DNA of 64,000 bases, from contig CAZWCY010000002.1 of the NCBI GenBank assembly GCA_964633035.1, forward strand, positions 320-64,319, in the 5' to 3' direction. The position numbers and the translations under genes are program-made. This stretch comes from an uncultured Candidatus Saccharibacteria bacterium. Its GTDB lineage: Bacteria > Patescibacteriota > Saccharimonadia > Saccharimonadales > Saccharimonadaceae. The notes under the pieces were generated by a model. The model did no database searches. It had not been told where the DNA came from and saw only the letters and a list, made by a program, of their open reading frames with translations. Shown one piece after another: positions 41,326-51,527 of the stretch. The first letter of the stretch is position 1. Each line of letters begins with the position of its first letter.

Positions 41326-41862
41326 CTAGTCTTCACCGCGCACGATATCCCAATACGGCAAAAATAAGTTCCAATGTATAATCGCTGCACAGATTAAGAG
41401 ATACGGCACTGATATCGCGATGGTGAACCTTTCAAACGTCATCAGAGTTTTTCCGGATACCATAATAGCCGCCAAGATGACCAGCATCACCGCCGCGCCC
41501 GCCGCAAAACCATACAAATGTGTTTTACAGAAAAAGAAATGATAGCCGAAATTATGGCAAATCACATGCCAGCAGAATTGCACCAGCGATACCGTCAAGA
41601 ACAGACCAACCGTGACCACGATGTAGCTCAGATTCTTTTCCTCCGTCGGCAGCACGTTCTCAGCCAGTACCCAAGTAATCATAGAGACCACGGCGCCAAC
41701 AAAGAAAAGTCCAGCCAGCGGCGGAAAGATTTTTTCGATCACTGCCAGAACTCGATGCGCTGCCGGATGCTTCTCGTGTTCTTGCTGGCGTCTAGCCAGC
41801 TCCGCCTGTCGCCATTCTGATGTGCCCACGCACAAGGTTTTCTTAACTTCTTCATTTTTCAT
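41326..41862 (-). CDS. Membrane protein, ORFan-like
   Basis: About 4 TM segments; start set at ATG 41862 (GAGGGG RBS); own promoter at 41946-41977. Confidence 0.7.
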   Translation of the reverse strand: MKNEEVKKTLCVGTSEWRQAELARRQQEHEKHPAAHRVLAVIEKIFPPLAGLFFVGAVVSMITWVLAENVLPTEEKNLSYIVVTVGLFLTVSLVQFCWHVICHNFGYHFFFCKTHLYGFAAGAAVMLVILAAIMVSGKTLMTFERFTIAISVPYLLICAAIIHWNLFLPYWDIVRGED

Positions 41863-42062
41863 AGTAAAGTACACCCCTCTCTCAATATTTCGGAAAATTA
41901 CTCCCCAAAATCTCGGCAGAATCTGCAAAATCCTACCTTGTATCTCCATTATAGCACACTATAAACAATTTGTCAAGACTTTATGTCAAATCAACAACAT
42001 ATGCAACAGCACTCCTCGTCGCTCCTGGAGTCCTCAAATTCCCTAGCCACTCTAATACAACA

Positions 42063-43511
42063 CTAATCCCCTACTGGCGCAATCGACTGATACCACAGCA
42101 TCAATTCTTCGACCAAGTATTTACATTCGTCAGCACTTTTACCGTTTATTCCCTGCCCGCCAGCCAAAAGCTTGTTAATTCGGCCTAAATCGCCAAAAAA
42201 CTGTTTCGCTTGCAACTTTAGCCGCTCCGCCCGATAATTTTCCCAACATTCCATCTCTTCGGCGCTTAAACTAGCCGGAAATTGCCGTGCTTTGTAATGC
42301 AATAACAGCTCCGGTAAACGCTCATCACGAAAACTCGGCCGAAAATCCGCCAGTTCATCCGCGCCGTTATTACGCACCGCCTGGCAAATCACCCGATCAT
42401 GCTCGTCTAAAAATCCATCGTACAGTGCCGACTCCGCATCTGCCGCCTTTAGCTCCGGTTTCTCGCTCTGCGTCACCCGTTGTACAAACTCCGGATGCCG
42501 CAACAAACTTTTCAAATTCTGCTCTACCACTGGCTTGCTGAGCTTGATTTTTTGCCAGCCATCCGCCCTCTCTAGCACTCCCGCCGGAGCCACCGCCGGA
42601 CAGCGATTATACTGCAGTTTTTTTACAATCGGAAAATAATTTTTCTCCCACGGGTCGCGCTCCATCCACGGCTTTTGATAATCAATCGTTCCGGCTGCCC
42701 GCGCCGCTGCCTCCTGCTCTAATAAATCATCTAAATTATACCGCAAATCATAAACATACACTGTGCCATTCTCGCCCATCGCCACCGGGTAGGCCACCGT
42801 AGTTTTATCAAACGCCGACGGATAGCGCCCCGAAGCATACACAAACGGCTGCGGCTTCTCCGGATTCACCAAATTTGCCACCTCACGCTTTCCGCGCAAA
42901 TGGTAGAGAAAATCAAACATTTGCGGTTGATGCTGTTTTAATAATTTCGCCACCTCGATCAGCGCTACTACGTCAGCCAGGGCATCGTGAGCGTGCGCAT
43001 GTTCAATGCCGTTCAATTTAGTAATCAATTCTAGACGGTTCGTAGCGTGACCGTCTTCCGCTACCGGCCACTTAATCCCCTCTGGACGCAAAGCCCGCGT
43101 CAAGCGCACTACATCCAGCAAATCCCAGCGCGACCGCCCGTCCTTCCACTGCCATTCGTATGGATCATAAAAATTACGCCATAGCAAATGGCGCATAAAT
43201 TCATCGTCAAACCGTACCGAGTTATAACCCAGCAAGGTTGTATCTGGCGTCGCAATTTCTGACATGAAATACTCGCAGAACTCTCGCTCCGACATACCGT
43301 CCGCCAAGGTTGACTGCGGCGTAATCCCAGTCACCATAATTGCCGACGGACTCGGCAAAGTATCTTCTGTCAGCTGAATCAAAATATTCTGCGGCTCACC
43401 AATCGGCTTTAAATCCAAATCTGTACGCTGCCCCGCAAACTGCATCACGCGGTCACTACGCGGGTTCAATCCCGAAGTCTCTAAATCGTAAAAGTAAAAG
43501 CTCGCACTCAT
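42063..43511 (-). CDS. sbcB: Exodeoxyribonuclease I
   Basis: YDLETSG, GYNSVRFDDE, RALRPEGI.WP, HDALADV. Confidence 0.93.
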   Translation of the reverse strand: MSASFYFYDLETSGLNPRSDRVMQFAGQRTDLDLKPIGEPQNILIQLTEDTLPSPSAIMVTGITPQSTLADGMSEREFCEYFMSEIATPDTTLLGYNSVRFDDEFMRHLLWRNFYDPYEWQWKDGRSRWDLLDVVRLTRALRPEGIKWPVAEDGHATNRLELITKLNGIEHAHAHDALADVVALIEVAKLLKQHQPQMFDFLYHLRGKREVANLVNPEKPQPFVYASGRYPSAFDKTTVAYPVAMGENGTVYVYDLRYNLDDLLEQEAAARAAGTIDYQKPWMERDPWEKNYFPIVKKLQYNRCPAVAPAGVLERADGWQKIKLSKPVVEQNLKSLLRHPEFVQRVTQSEKPELKAADAESALYDGFLDEHDRVICQAVRNNGADELADFRPSFRDERLPELLLHYKARQFPASLSAEEMECWENYRAERLKLQAKQFFGDLGRINKLLAGGQGINGKSADECKYLVEELMLWYQSIAPVGD

Positions 43512-43732
43512 AGGTTCATTATAACACACCCTCTAAGAAATCCGATTGGCTTAGCCAGGCTTTAGTCGACGAGTTTTAGAGCCGACAAGTTTTTGAGAAC
43601 TCAAAGCCCCAATTGACAAGGAAAATCCCGCCTCATCATGAAGCGGGATTAATTTGGGTTTAAGGTGCGTGGCGGTACGTAAGTAAGACGCTGTGTTTGA
43701 TTAAGCCTTGAAATCGGGCCATGCTACCGGCA

Positions 43733-44497
43733 TTAGCCGATTTTCTCGGTCTGAGGGCGCAGATCAATGATCTCGCACCGAGCTTCTACCTCACAGGGCA
43801 GCTCCAGTACACACATCTGCGTCTTACCCTGAGCACGCTGCCGGGCAAAAATCTGCTGCAGCTGCTCCTTAGCATCGTCGTCGGTAACATTGATAGTCGG
43901 AGTATGCCGCGACTCATCGTCAACCGGCTCGGCAATAGCGCTAACATTGACAGGCTCGTCAATAATCGCAGCGGTAGTGCCGGCTTCCGGATCAGTCACC
44001 GTAGTCAGCTCTCTGCCAATCTTGTCCAGACCAACCGGGCAATGTCCGCAGCTCGCTCGAGAGCACTTTTCGCGGAGTTCCGCCAGCTTCACAGGATCTT
44101 GCCTAGCGTTGTAATGGTCGTGCTTCACCGCCTTGGCCCGCTTACGCAGGTAACGCTCATGCAAGTCGGCGCTCAGGCAGCAAAGCAGACCAAAGACAAC
44201 CGCATAAGCGATGAACGTGCCAAGCAGGATTCCAGCCGCAGCTACGTCAGCCCATGCCTCCGACTCGCCCGCGGCTATAAAGTGCCGCAGCACAAAGTCC
44301 ACGATGCCGAGATAAGACTCGGTCATCACCATGATGACGAAGAGTAAGCTCGCCGAGAGCGACATCAGCACCGTGCCGGCAGAGATGTCGCACACATAGA
44401 CGGCGCAATCTTTCCGCCGTACACTGAAGTAGCCCATCAGGATACTGAGCACGAGCAGCGCGGAACCAACGATAGTCCACCAATTGAAAGTTGTCAT
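43733..44497 (-). CDS. Membrane protein, ORFan-like
   Basis: 3 N-terminal TM segments, Cys-rich CSRASCGHC; GC-rich; own promoter at 44564-44595. Confidence 0.7.
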   Translation of the reverse strand: MTTFNWWTIVGSALLVLSILMGYFSVRRKDCAVYVCDISAGTVLMSLSASLLFVIMVMTESYLGIVDFVLRHFIAAGESEAWADVAAAGILLGTFIAYAVVFGLLCCLSADLHERYLRKRAKAVKHDHYNARQDPVKLAELREKCSRASCGHCPVGLDKIGRELTTVTDPEAGTTAAIIDEPVNVSAIAEPVDDESRHTPTINVTDDDAKEQLQQIFARQRAQGKTQMCVLELPCEVEARCEIIDLRPQTEKIG

Positions 44498-44646
44498 TCC
44501 TATTTCCCCCTTGTAGAAATGTGTTTGTACTTGGACTAATAGGTAAAATTTTAGTCCATACCTCCATTATAGCACACCTCACCAAAAATGTCAATACCAT
44601 TTATGCTTATTTGCGAAAAATACAACAAAATTGCTGGGTTTTTACC

Positions 44647-45573
44647 CTATTTTCGCAAATAATCTACAATTTCAATAGCAGCCTCGGCGCCTTCGGCCGT
44701 GGCTACTACCACCTGTTTAGTTGCTCCCTTGCGTACATCGCCCGCCGCGAATAACCCCGATAATACCGTTTGATAGCGGTATTGACTATCCTGATCAGTC
44801 ATCACATAGCCATCGCGGCTTAAAATCGCATATTGAGCCGCCAAATCCGCCAAAAAATCCGTAGCTGGCAGCTTACCGATATAGACAAAAATATGTTCAA
44901 ATTCTGCCAAATTCTCGGCCGTCGGCTCCAAATTCTCTCTAATCCGAATATTAGGATACTTTGGCAACTGGTTAAGCAATTCCGGGTCAGCCTTAAGCTG
45001 CGAATGTGTGATAATCGTCACTTCCCCGGCGATCTGCGCCAAATAAAGCGCCTCTTGAACCGCCGAATTGGCACCGCCAATCACCGCCACTCGTTTACCA
45101 CGTACCAGTGGGCCATCACAAAGCGCGCAGTACGAAACTGGTGCCGACGGCGTAAAGCTGAGTCCCCGCGGTCGTGAGCCGCTCGCTACCAACACCGCCC
45201 GCGCCGTAGCTATTTCGCCATCAATAGTAAGCCGAAAAACCTCGCCCACTTTATCTATATTTGTGCACTCGCCATAAATCAGTTGCGCACCCACCTGTTT
45301 AGCCTGCGCTCGCATTTGCTCAGCCAAGCCCTTACCAGCGCCACCCGTGTAACCGGGATAGTTTTCAATTAAAGAAATTTGTGGCAAAATTCCACCAAAC
45401 TCGGCTTTTTCGTAAACTGTCACTTCTAGCCCACCACGCGCTGCATAAATCGCTGCCGCAAGCGCCGCTGGACCACCGCCAATAATTGCTAGATCCATTA
45501 CTGCATCTGACTTGTCCGCAAGGCTATCTGCCGATTTTGACCGTGCGGTACGATTATTCACTGCATCCATCAT
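44647..45573 (-). CDS. trxB: Thioredoxin reductase-like FAD/NAD(P) oxidoreductase
   Basis: IIGGGPA, ENYPG, SYCALCDG, IGGANSA, FAAGDV. Confidence 0.88.
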   Translation of the reverse strand: MMDAVNNRTARSKSADSLADKSDAVMDLAIIGGGPAALAAAIYAARGGLEVTVYEKAEFGGILPQISLIENYPGYTGGAGKGLAEQMRAQAKQVGAQLIYGECTNIDKVGEVFRLTIDGEIATARAVLVASGSRPRGLSFTPSAPVSYCALCDGPLVRGKRVAVIGGANSAVQEALYLAQIAGEVTIITHSQLKADPELLNQLPKYPNIRIRENLEPTAENLAEFEHIFVYIGKLPATDFLADLAAQYAILSRDGYVMTDQDSQYRYQTVLSGLFAAGDVRKGATKQVVVATAEGAEAAIEIVDYLRK

Positions 45574-46298
45574 TAAGACTGAGCACCCTGCGCCGCTACG
45601 AAGAGACGATAATAAATTTCGTTCAGCTCATCAATCTTAGTCTGGATATCTTCGGTCACCGGCAGGGCCCAAATCACATAGCGCAAAGGTGCATTGCTCA
45701 TACCACAATAGCGGTCACCCACGGTGTCCCCATAAGCCATCTCGCCCGGCATACTAACGTAGCGAATACCACCAAGCTTCATACCAACTACGCCCTGCGT
45801 CCAGCCTTCAATCAGGCTCATCGTGGCTGGGAACAGCGGCGATTTTAAACTCAGCGGGGTTAGCTTGGCTTCGTCGTCTTCGGCGTATTCAAAGGACGAA
45901 TCTAGCAAGCTACCATCTGGACACCAGCCGATATAGTAGGCCATGTAATCATTATCATTTTCACCAAGCTGTTTGCCAGTGCCCTCTTTGAGGTCTTTAA
46001 TCTGGAGTTTTTCGCTATTAGCAGTTGCGGCGTTAAAGCTCTTCACTTGGCTACGGTAGCTCTTTAACTCGTCAAAATATTTCGGCGATAGTGCTGCGCC
46101 CGCTTCCTGAATCTCGTTGCTCTTCGCATCGTATTCATCTCTGAGCTCCGCCAAGCGTTCTTCCTGGCTGCGTTTGGCGTTACCGCTGCTCATCACGATA
46201 AACATATACGTCAAAACCGTCGACCCTAGTAGTAAAATCGCCACAATAATGATCACTACGCGTTGCCAAACGCTAGTTTTTAAAGTCTTTTCGTCCAT
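45573..46298 (-). CDS. Membrane-anchored FKBP-type peptidyl-prolyl isomerase
   Basis: DLKEGTG, YIGW..DG..LDSS, LIEGW..G..GMK.GG.R, AYG. Confidence 0.88.
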   Translation of the reverse strand: MDEKTLKTSVWQRVVIIIVAILLLGSTVLTYMFIVMSSGNAKRSQEERLAELRDEYDAKSNEIQEAGAALSPKYFDELKSYRSQVKSFNAATANSEKLQIKDLKEGTGKQLGENDNDYMAYYIGWCPDGSLLDSSFEYAEDDEAKLTPLSLKSPLFPATMSLIEGWTQGVVGMKLGGIRYVSMPGEMAYGDTVGDRYCGMSNAPLRYVIWALPVTEDIQTKIDELNEIYYRLFVAAQGAQS

Positions 46299-46385
46299 TT
46301 CTGTACCCTGCCTCCTTCTTTTCTATACTATGTCTTGCAAGTTAATCAATTTATTATTCAATCTAGAATCCGTATTTCCTCGCCG

Positions 46386-48965
46386 TTACACTACCAGCGC
46401 ACCGATTTTAGCGGCCGCCTCGGTAATTTTGGTCATTAAAGTGGTAATTTCAGCGGCGTCTAAGGTATGTGCCGGGCTCGAAAACTTCAGGTGGAAAGCA
46501 AAATTCTTTTGATCACCAGCTGCAGGCTGATAGATTGAGGTTGGTGTAATCGTGTAAATCAAATCCTCGCCTCTAAAAATCTGATAGATAGTATCACTCA
46601 CGCGCCCGAACGGCATATCCGCCGCCACCTTGAAGGTAACGTCACGCTCCACGGCTGGGAACTTCGAAAGTTCGACCTCGACCTTAAGGGTCTGATCAAG
46701 CTTTACTACTTTGTCCAAACAAATTTCTGCCGCCGAGATTACCTGCTCTAACTTAAACTTGCGTCGCACTATGGCTTTGATTTCACCGAACGCACCAATT
46801 GACTGTTCACCGGCAAAAAGCTCTACTGACCGCAAAGGCTCTAGATACGGATATTCCTGCATCGCTTCAGTATTAGCACTCAACTGCCGGTATTCAATAT
46901 CAATTTTGAGACCTTTTTCTAGCGCGGCAAAGATCTGGGCTTTGAGCTGATAGAAATCACCCAGGCAAACAATACCAAGATCAGTATGTGTAATCGGCGC
47001 ACCATCCGCATCAAAGCCATACTGACGTTTAGTCACTTGATTTAGCTCGTAGATAGTAAAATCCTTATGTCCGGCCTTGACATTTTCGCGCACCTTATCA
47101 AGTAAACTTGGCACAATCTGCTGACGGAAACACTGCAACTCCGGTGAAATCGAATTGATAATCTCGTAGCTATCTTCAACTTTCTCGCCGACTTTCTCAA
47201 GTAGATTTCGGCTGATGAAAGAATAGGTCAATAATTCGTGCATCGCTAAGCGGTGTGACAGAATCTCGCGCAAATTCCGCTTCAAAGTTAACATCGGTGC
47301 CATTTCGGTACCGCTAAACTCTTTCTCTGGCAGGTTGAGCGGAATGTTATCATAACCAAGCAACCGCCCCACTTCTTCAATCACATCTTCTGGAATATGG
47401 ACATCAGTGCGCCATACCGGCACCGTCACCTCTAATTCCGCGTTAACAGAGGTAACATCTGCCAGAGGCTCAAGAATGGCCTTTTGAGCAGCTTTTCCAA
47501 CAGAGCTTGGTGTCACCCCACTTTTCGCCTGAGAGGCCCTAGACACCGTTTTTAAAGCCTCTCGTGGCATTTTGCTTGTGATTTTAACATCAAAACCGAC
47601 ATTTTCCAGCGTCTGTGCAATCGTTTCAACGCTATATGCTGTGCCCAACAAATTATTAATTTCATCTGTTGTTAATTTTACAACAATTCGTTCACGGTCA
47701 GCCACCCATTGATCTACCACCGCCAGTGGCGTGACGGATTTACCTAGTTCCGCCACCGTTTCGGCTAGCACTGGCAAAGTCATTGCCGCTGGTTGGCCTT
47801 TGGTAAACCGCGTAATCGCCTCCGAGAAAATCCCGTGCGCCATCTGCGTTTTGCGCAAATGGTAAAGCGAGAAAGTAGCACTTTCCAAGACTACGCGCTT
47901 GGTTGAGGCATCAATTTCAGTATTCTTGCCGCCCATAGCACCGGCCAAGGCGATCGGCACGTTATTGCTAGTAATCAAAATATCTTCCGGAATACACTTA
48001 ATCACCTTGCCGTCTAACAGCTGTAACTCCTCATCGTTCTCCGCCGCGCGCACGATGATTTTTGGACTATCGGTCTGACCCACCGCGATTAATTTGTCGT
48101 AATCAAAGGCGTGCAATGGTTGCCCGGTACGTAGCATAATCATATTGGTCAAATCCACCATTGGATCAATCGCGCGCATCCCGGCTTTGGCCAGGAAAAC
48201 ATCACCATAATAAGTTAAATAGCGTGCTTTACCATATTTAGGTAAATCGAACACCGCACAGGAATAACGCGGACAGAGTTCCGCATCAGTAATCTCTACC
48301 TTGACTGGCAAATCATTGGCCGACGCAATCTCTGGCCAAGTTGGCTCCACGAATTGCATCCCGAGAATCCCCGCCACTTCGCGCGCAAAACCAATTAACC
48401 CAAAACAATCCGGGCGATGTGTCAAAGATTTATTCTCCACATCGATAATAATATCATTGAGCTCAAAAACTTCGGCAAAGCTATCGCCTGGTTTAGCCAT
48501 ATTAGGATTAATCTCTACGATACCATCATGGTCGCTACCAAGATCTAGCTCATCAACCGCCGCCAACATTCCGTTTGAGACGTAACCGCGGAGCTTCCTA
48601 GCGTCAATCTTGAAATTTTCATGACCATAAGTCTGTGGCACAATTGCCCCCGGTGCAATCCAAGCCGCCATCATGCCAGCTCGCACATTGAGCGCTCCAC
48701 AAACTACTTGTACTAGACCATTCTCTAGTTGATTAAACTCAGAATTATGATCACCAGCATCAATTTGACAGAGCGTCAAGTGAGTATCCGGAATCTTCTC
48801 TGCCGACACTACTTTGACAATGTAAATTCCCTTGTACTTAGGAGCCAGATCAATCGCTTCTTCCACCTCCACCAAACGCGAACCAATCAGCTCAATCAGC
48901 TCCTGATCCGAAATCGCCACTGGCGCTGGCAGATATTTTTTGATTTCATTTAACGAAATTAACAT
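46386..48965 (-). CDS. pheT: Phenylalanine--tRNA ligase beta subunit
   Basis: VVCGA.N, RPDC, GQPLHAFD, VPVWRTD..EDVIEEVGR, SKFPAVERD. Confidence 0.96.
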   Translation of the reverse strand: MLISLNEIKKYLPAPVAISDQELIELIGSRLVEVEEAIDLAPKYKGIYIVKVVSAEKIPDTHLTLCQIDAGDHNSEFNQLENGLVQVVCGALNVRAGMMAAWIAPGAIVPQTYGHENFKIDARKLRGYVSNGMLAAVDELDLGSDHDGIVEINPNMAKPGDSFAEVFELNDIIIDVENKSLTHRPDCFGLIGFAREVAGILGMQFVEPTWPEIASANDLPVKVEITDAELCPRYSCAVFDLPKYGKARYLTYYGDVFLAKAGMRAIDPMVDLTNMIMLRTGQPLHAFDYDKLIAVGQTDSPKIIVRAAENDEELQLLDGKVIKCIPEDILITSNNVPIALAGAMGGKNTEIDASTKRVVLESATFSLYHLRKTQMAHGIFSEAITRFTKGQPAAMTLPVLAETVAELGKSVTPLAVVDQWVADRERIVVKLTTDEINNLLGTAYSVETIAQTLENVGFDVKITSKMPREALKTVSRASQAKSGVTPSSVGKAAQKAILEPLADVTSVNAELEVTVPVWRTDVHIPEDVIEEVGRLLGYDNIPLNLPEKEFSGTEMAPMLTLKRNLREILSHRLAMHELLTYSFISRNLLEKVGEKVEDSYEIINSISPELQCFRQQIVPSLLDKVRENVKAGHKDFTIYELNQVTKRQYGFDADGAPITHTDLGIVCLGDFYQLKAQIFAALEKGLKIDIEYRQLSANTEAMQEYPYLEPLRSVELFAGEQSIGAFGEIKAIVRRKFKLEQVISAAEICLDKVVKLDQTLKVEVELSKFPAVERDVTFKVAADMPFGRVSDTIYQIFRGEDLIYTITPTSIYQPAAGDQKNFAFHLKFSSPAHTLDAAEITTLMTKITEAAAKIGALVV

Positions 48966-49907
48966 CTAGAATTCCTCCAAAAAGTCAAGTTTACCCGATT
49001 CAAAATAGCGCACATCATTCAACTGGTATTTAAGCATCGCCAAACGATCAATCCCGCCACCCCAGGCAAAACCATGATATTTGACAGGGTCAATCCCGGC
49101 CATTTTCAGAACATTCGGATGAATCATGCCGCAACCACCCATTTCAAGATAGCCTTTACCACCCAAGCAGGCTGGCTTTTCAATCAAAAACTCCGCTGAA
49201 GGCTCGGTAAACGGAAAATAGCCCGGCTGAGTTTTAAGATTAAGTTTTTGGCCGTAATAGAGTTCAAAGAAGCGTTTAAGAATGCCAAACAGCTGCCCCA
49301 TCGTGGCATCCTGGGAGACAAAGACACCCTCGCACTGATAGAAAGTATGCTCATGGGTAGCATCGGCGTCTTCATTGCGAAAGACTCGGCCCGGAATCAC
49401 CACCGCAATCTGACCACCATTTTCGAGGTCTTTTTTGTATTGCTTCAACGCCCGGTGCTGCATCGTAGAAGTATGAGCCGGCGGAATCAAACCTTCTTCG
49501 GTACGGAAAGTATCATAGCCATCACGCGCCGGATGACCCTTAGAGAAGTTGAGGCTGTCAAACATATGGAACTCGTCATCCAGCTGGCGCGGCTCCATCA
49601 CATTAAAGCCCATATTAGCATAGATATCAATCACGCGGTCCAGCTCAACCATCAAAGGGTGCTCTGTGCCCAGCTGGAGCTGCGGAATCGGCTGATTGGG
49701 TGCGCATGGCGCCGAAACGTCAAGCGGCTCTACATTTTCACTCTCTAGAGCTTCTTCGGCTGTAGCAATCTTGGCTAGAATTGCCTGCTTCTTAGCGTTC
49801 ATAGTGCGCCCAAACTCTCCGCGCTGCTCCGGCGGGAGAGTTTTAATCTTCGCATACTCAGTATTAAGATTTTTTAGTTCCGTTTTTAGCTTCTCTAACT
49901 CTGACAT
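48966..49907 (-). CDS. pheS: Phenylalanine--tRNA ligase alpha subunit
   Basis: HPARD..DTF, HTS, GRVFRNE, YFPFTEPS, GIDRLAM. Confidence 0.97.
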   Translation of the reverse strand: MSELEKLKTELKNLNTEYAKIKTLPPEQRGEFGRTMNAKKQAILAKIATAEEALESENVEPLDVSAPCAPNQPIPQLQLGTEHPLMVELDRVIDIYANMGFNVMEPRQLDDEFHMFDSLNFSKGHPARDGYDTFRTEEGLIPPAHTSTMQHRALKQYKKDLENGGQIAVVIPGRVFRNEDADATHEHTFYQCEGVFVSQDATMGQLFGILKRFFELYYGQKLNLKTQPGYFPFTEPSAEFLIEKPACLGGKGYLEMGGCGMIHPNVLKMAGIDPVKYHGFAWGGGIDRLAMLKYQLNDVRYFESGKLDFLEEF

Positions 49908-50038
49908 ATTATAGATTATATCATAAGATTTGGTATTTTAGGATAAGAAACCCGCAAAATACCCCTATCTTTCCATTATAGCACACTTTGATTAAAAAGT
50001 CAATAGTTTCAGGGTATTTTAGTGCGGAATCTTAAAAG

Positions 50039-50263
50039 TTAGATAAAAATAATGCAAAATAGCGAAATTAAGGCCAAGACAATCAGAACAATCCAGACCC
50101 AAGTAAATTTACCGGTTTTCTTAGTATCTTTGATGTAAGCGGAATCATCAACGTAATCTGGGTCCTCACGATCTTCACTCTGTGCGCGTGCACGCAGATC
50201 GGCCGAAATTCGCTTGTTTAACTCCGAACTGCGACTCATATCTTTTGACATCATTATACCCAT
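50039..50263 (-). CDS. Small protein with C-terminal TM
   Basis: SELNKRISADLR plus hydrophobic C-terminus; exact start uncertain. Confidence 0.7.
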   Translation of the reverse strand: MGIMMSKDMSRSSELNKRISADLRARAQSEDREDPDYVDDSAYIKDTKKTGKFTWVWIVLIVLALISLFCIIFI

Positions 50264-50363
50264 TACTTTACCGTTCCTTTACTCTTTTTAAACTTTTCAC
50301 CTTCCAATTGTACCATACATGTGCTATAATCGGGTAAATATTAGTGTTAAGGAGGTTATTTTA

Positions 50364-51359
50364 ATGGCAAATCAAAAGCCTAAAAAAGCTGGCAAAAAGT
50401 CTGAAAAACAGTCTGAAAAACCAGAAACCAAGAAGGACCTAAAAGAGACTAAAACAGTCAAAGAGGTCAACGATACCAAAACCGTAAAAGAAACTGTCGA
50501 TACTAAGCCAGCCGCCGTTGCTTCAGCTTGCGATAAGCCAATGAAGGGCTTCTTTGCTCGCAAATATGGCGAAGGCGAGAATATCCTCACTATCTTCAAG
50601 ACACCAAAGATTTGGGGTGCATTGATTGGTGAAGTTATCGGCACCATGATGTTAGTCATGTTACTGCTCACCCTCGGCGTACAGCCACTTTATCTCTGGA
50701 TGGGTATTATCGCAATTTACGCTGTGATCTTTACGGTGTCAGGCGCTAATCTTAACCCGCTCATTACCGCTGGCATGATGGCTACTCGCCGTATGTCTGC
50801 TATCCGCGGTATCCTCTATATGCTCGCGCAATTATTGGGTGCTTGGGTTGGCTTGCTCGTAATTAACGCTTTCCGTCTTGGTAGCGCCACCACGGCTGAG
50901 TTGCCAATGATGACTGAAGTCACTGGCGAGACTTTCTGGGCCACGGCACTTGTTGAGTTAATGGGTGCGATCGTGATTGCTTTCTGCTTTGCTCGCGCGC
51001 TTAAATTCTCTCGCAAAAATCCAGTTGCGATGGGTCTAGTCATGGCTAGCGCCATCTCACTGGCCGTGATCTTTGGTATCGTAGTCGCTCAGAGCTTCTT
51101 TGGCTTGCAAAGCAGCTTTATCTTCAACCCAGTAGCAGCCTTGATGTATCAAATCTTGCCAACTGCGGCTGAGAACTTTGGTGAACTCGCTGGTTTGGCC
51201 GGTCTCGCTGCAGCCGCTTACATCGTCTTCCCAGTTGTCGGTGGTATCGTCGGATTTTACCTTTCCGACATCATGACCCGCTTGGCTGGCAATGGCTACA
51301 GCTGCGACTGCGACAACGAATGTTGTGCCAAGGTCTGCGCCAAAGCCGACCAAAAATAA
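50364..51359 (+). CDS. MIP/aquaporin family channel
   Basis: GEVIGT, SGANLNPL, FNPV; AGGAGG RBS before ATG 50364. Confidence 0.85.
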   Translation: MANQKPKKAGKKSEKQSEKPETKKDLKETKTVKEVNDTKTVKETVDTKPAAVASACDKPMKGFFARKYGEGENILTIFKTPKIWGALIGEVIGTMMLVMLLLTLGVQPLYLWMGIIAIYAVIFTVSGANLNPLITAGMMATRRMSAIRGILYMLAQLLGAWVGLLVINAFRLGSATTAELPMMTEVTGETFWATALVELMGAIVIAFCFARALKFSRKNPVAMGLVMASAISLAVIFGIVVAQSFFGLQSSFIFNPVAALMYQILPTAAENFGELAGLAGLAAAAYIVFPVVGGIVGFYLSDIMTRLAGNGYSCDCDNECCAKVCAKADQK

Positions 51360-51527
51360 TTGATTCTAAGATTATTATCTTAAGATCAGTACAGAAGCTC
51401 CGGTTTTTGCCGGGGCTTTCTGCTGCGAATTTGCAAATCCCCATCAAACCGGCGCCATCAATCCACCTTGTTTTCTCTAGCAGGCTTTCTGCTGACAAAA
51501 CTACAGTCCGTGTGCTATAATAATTTT

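Noticed and set aside
43721-44347. Long antisense ORFs (also 16416-17063, 25346-26089, 55757-56227, 61813-62421)
   Set aside because: Shadows of GC-rich or conserved genes on the opposite strand; no RBS or promoter support
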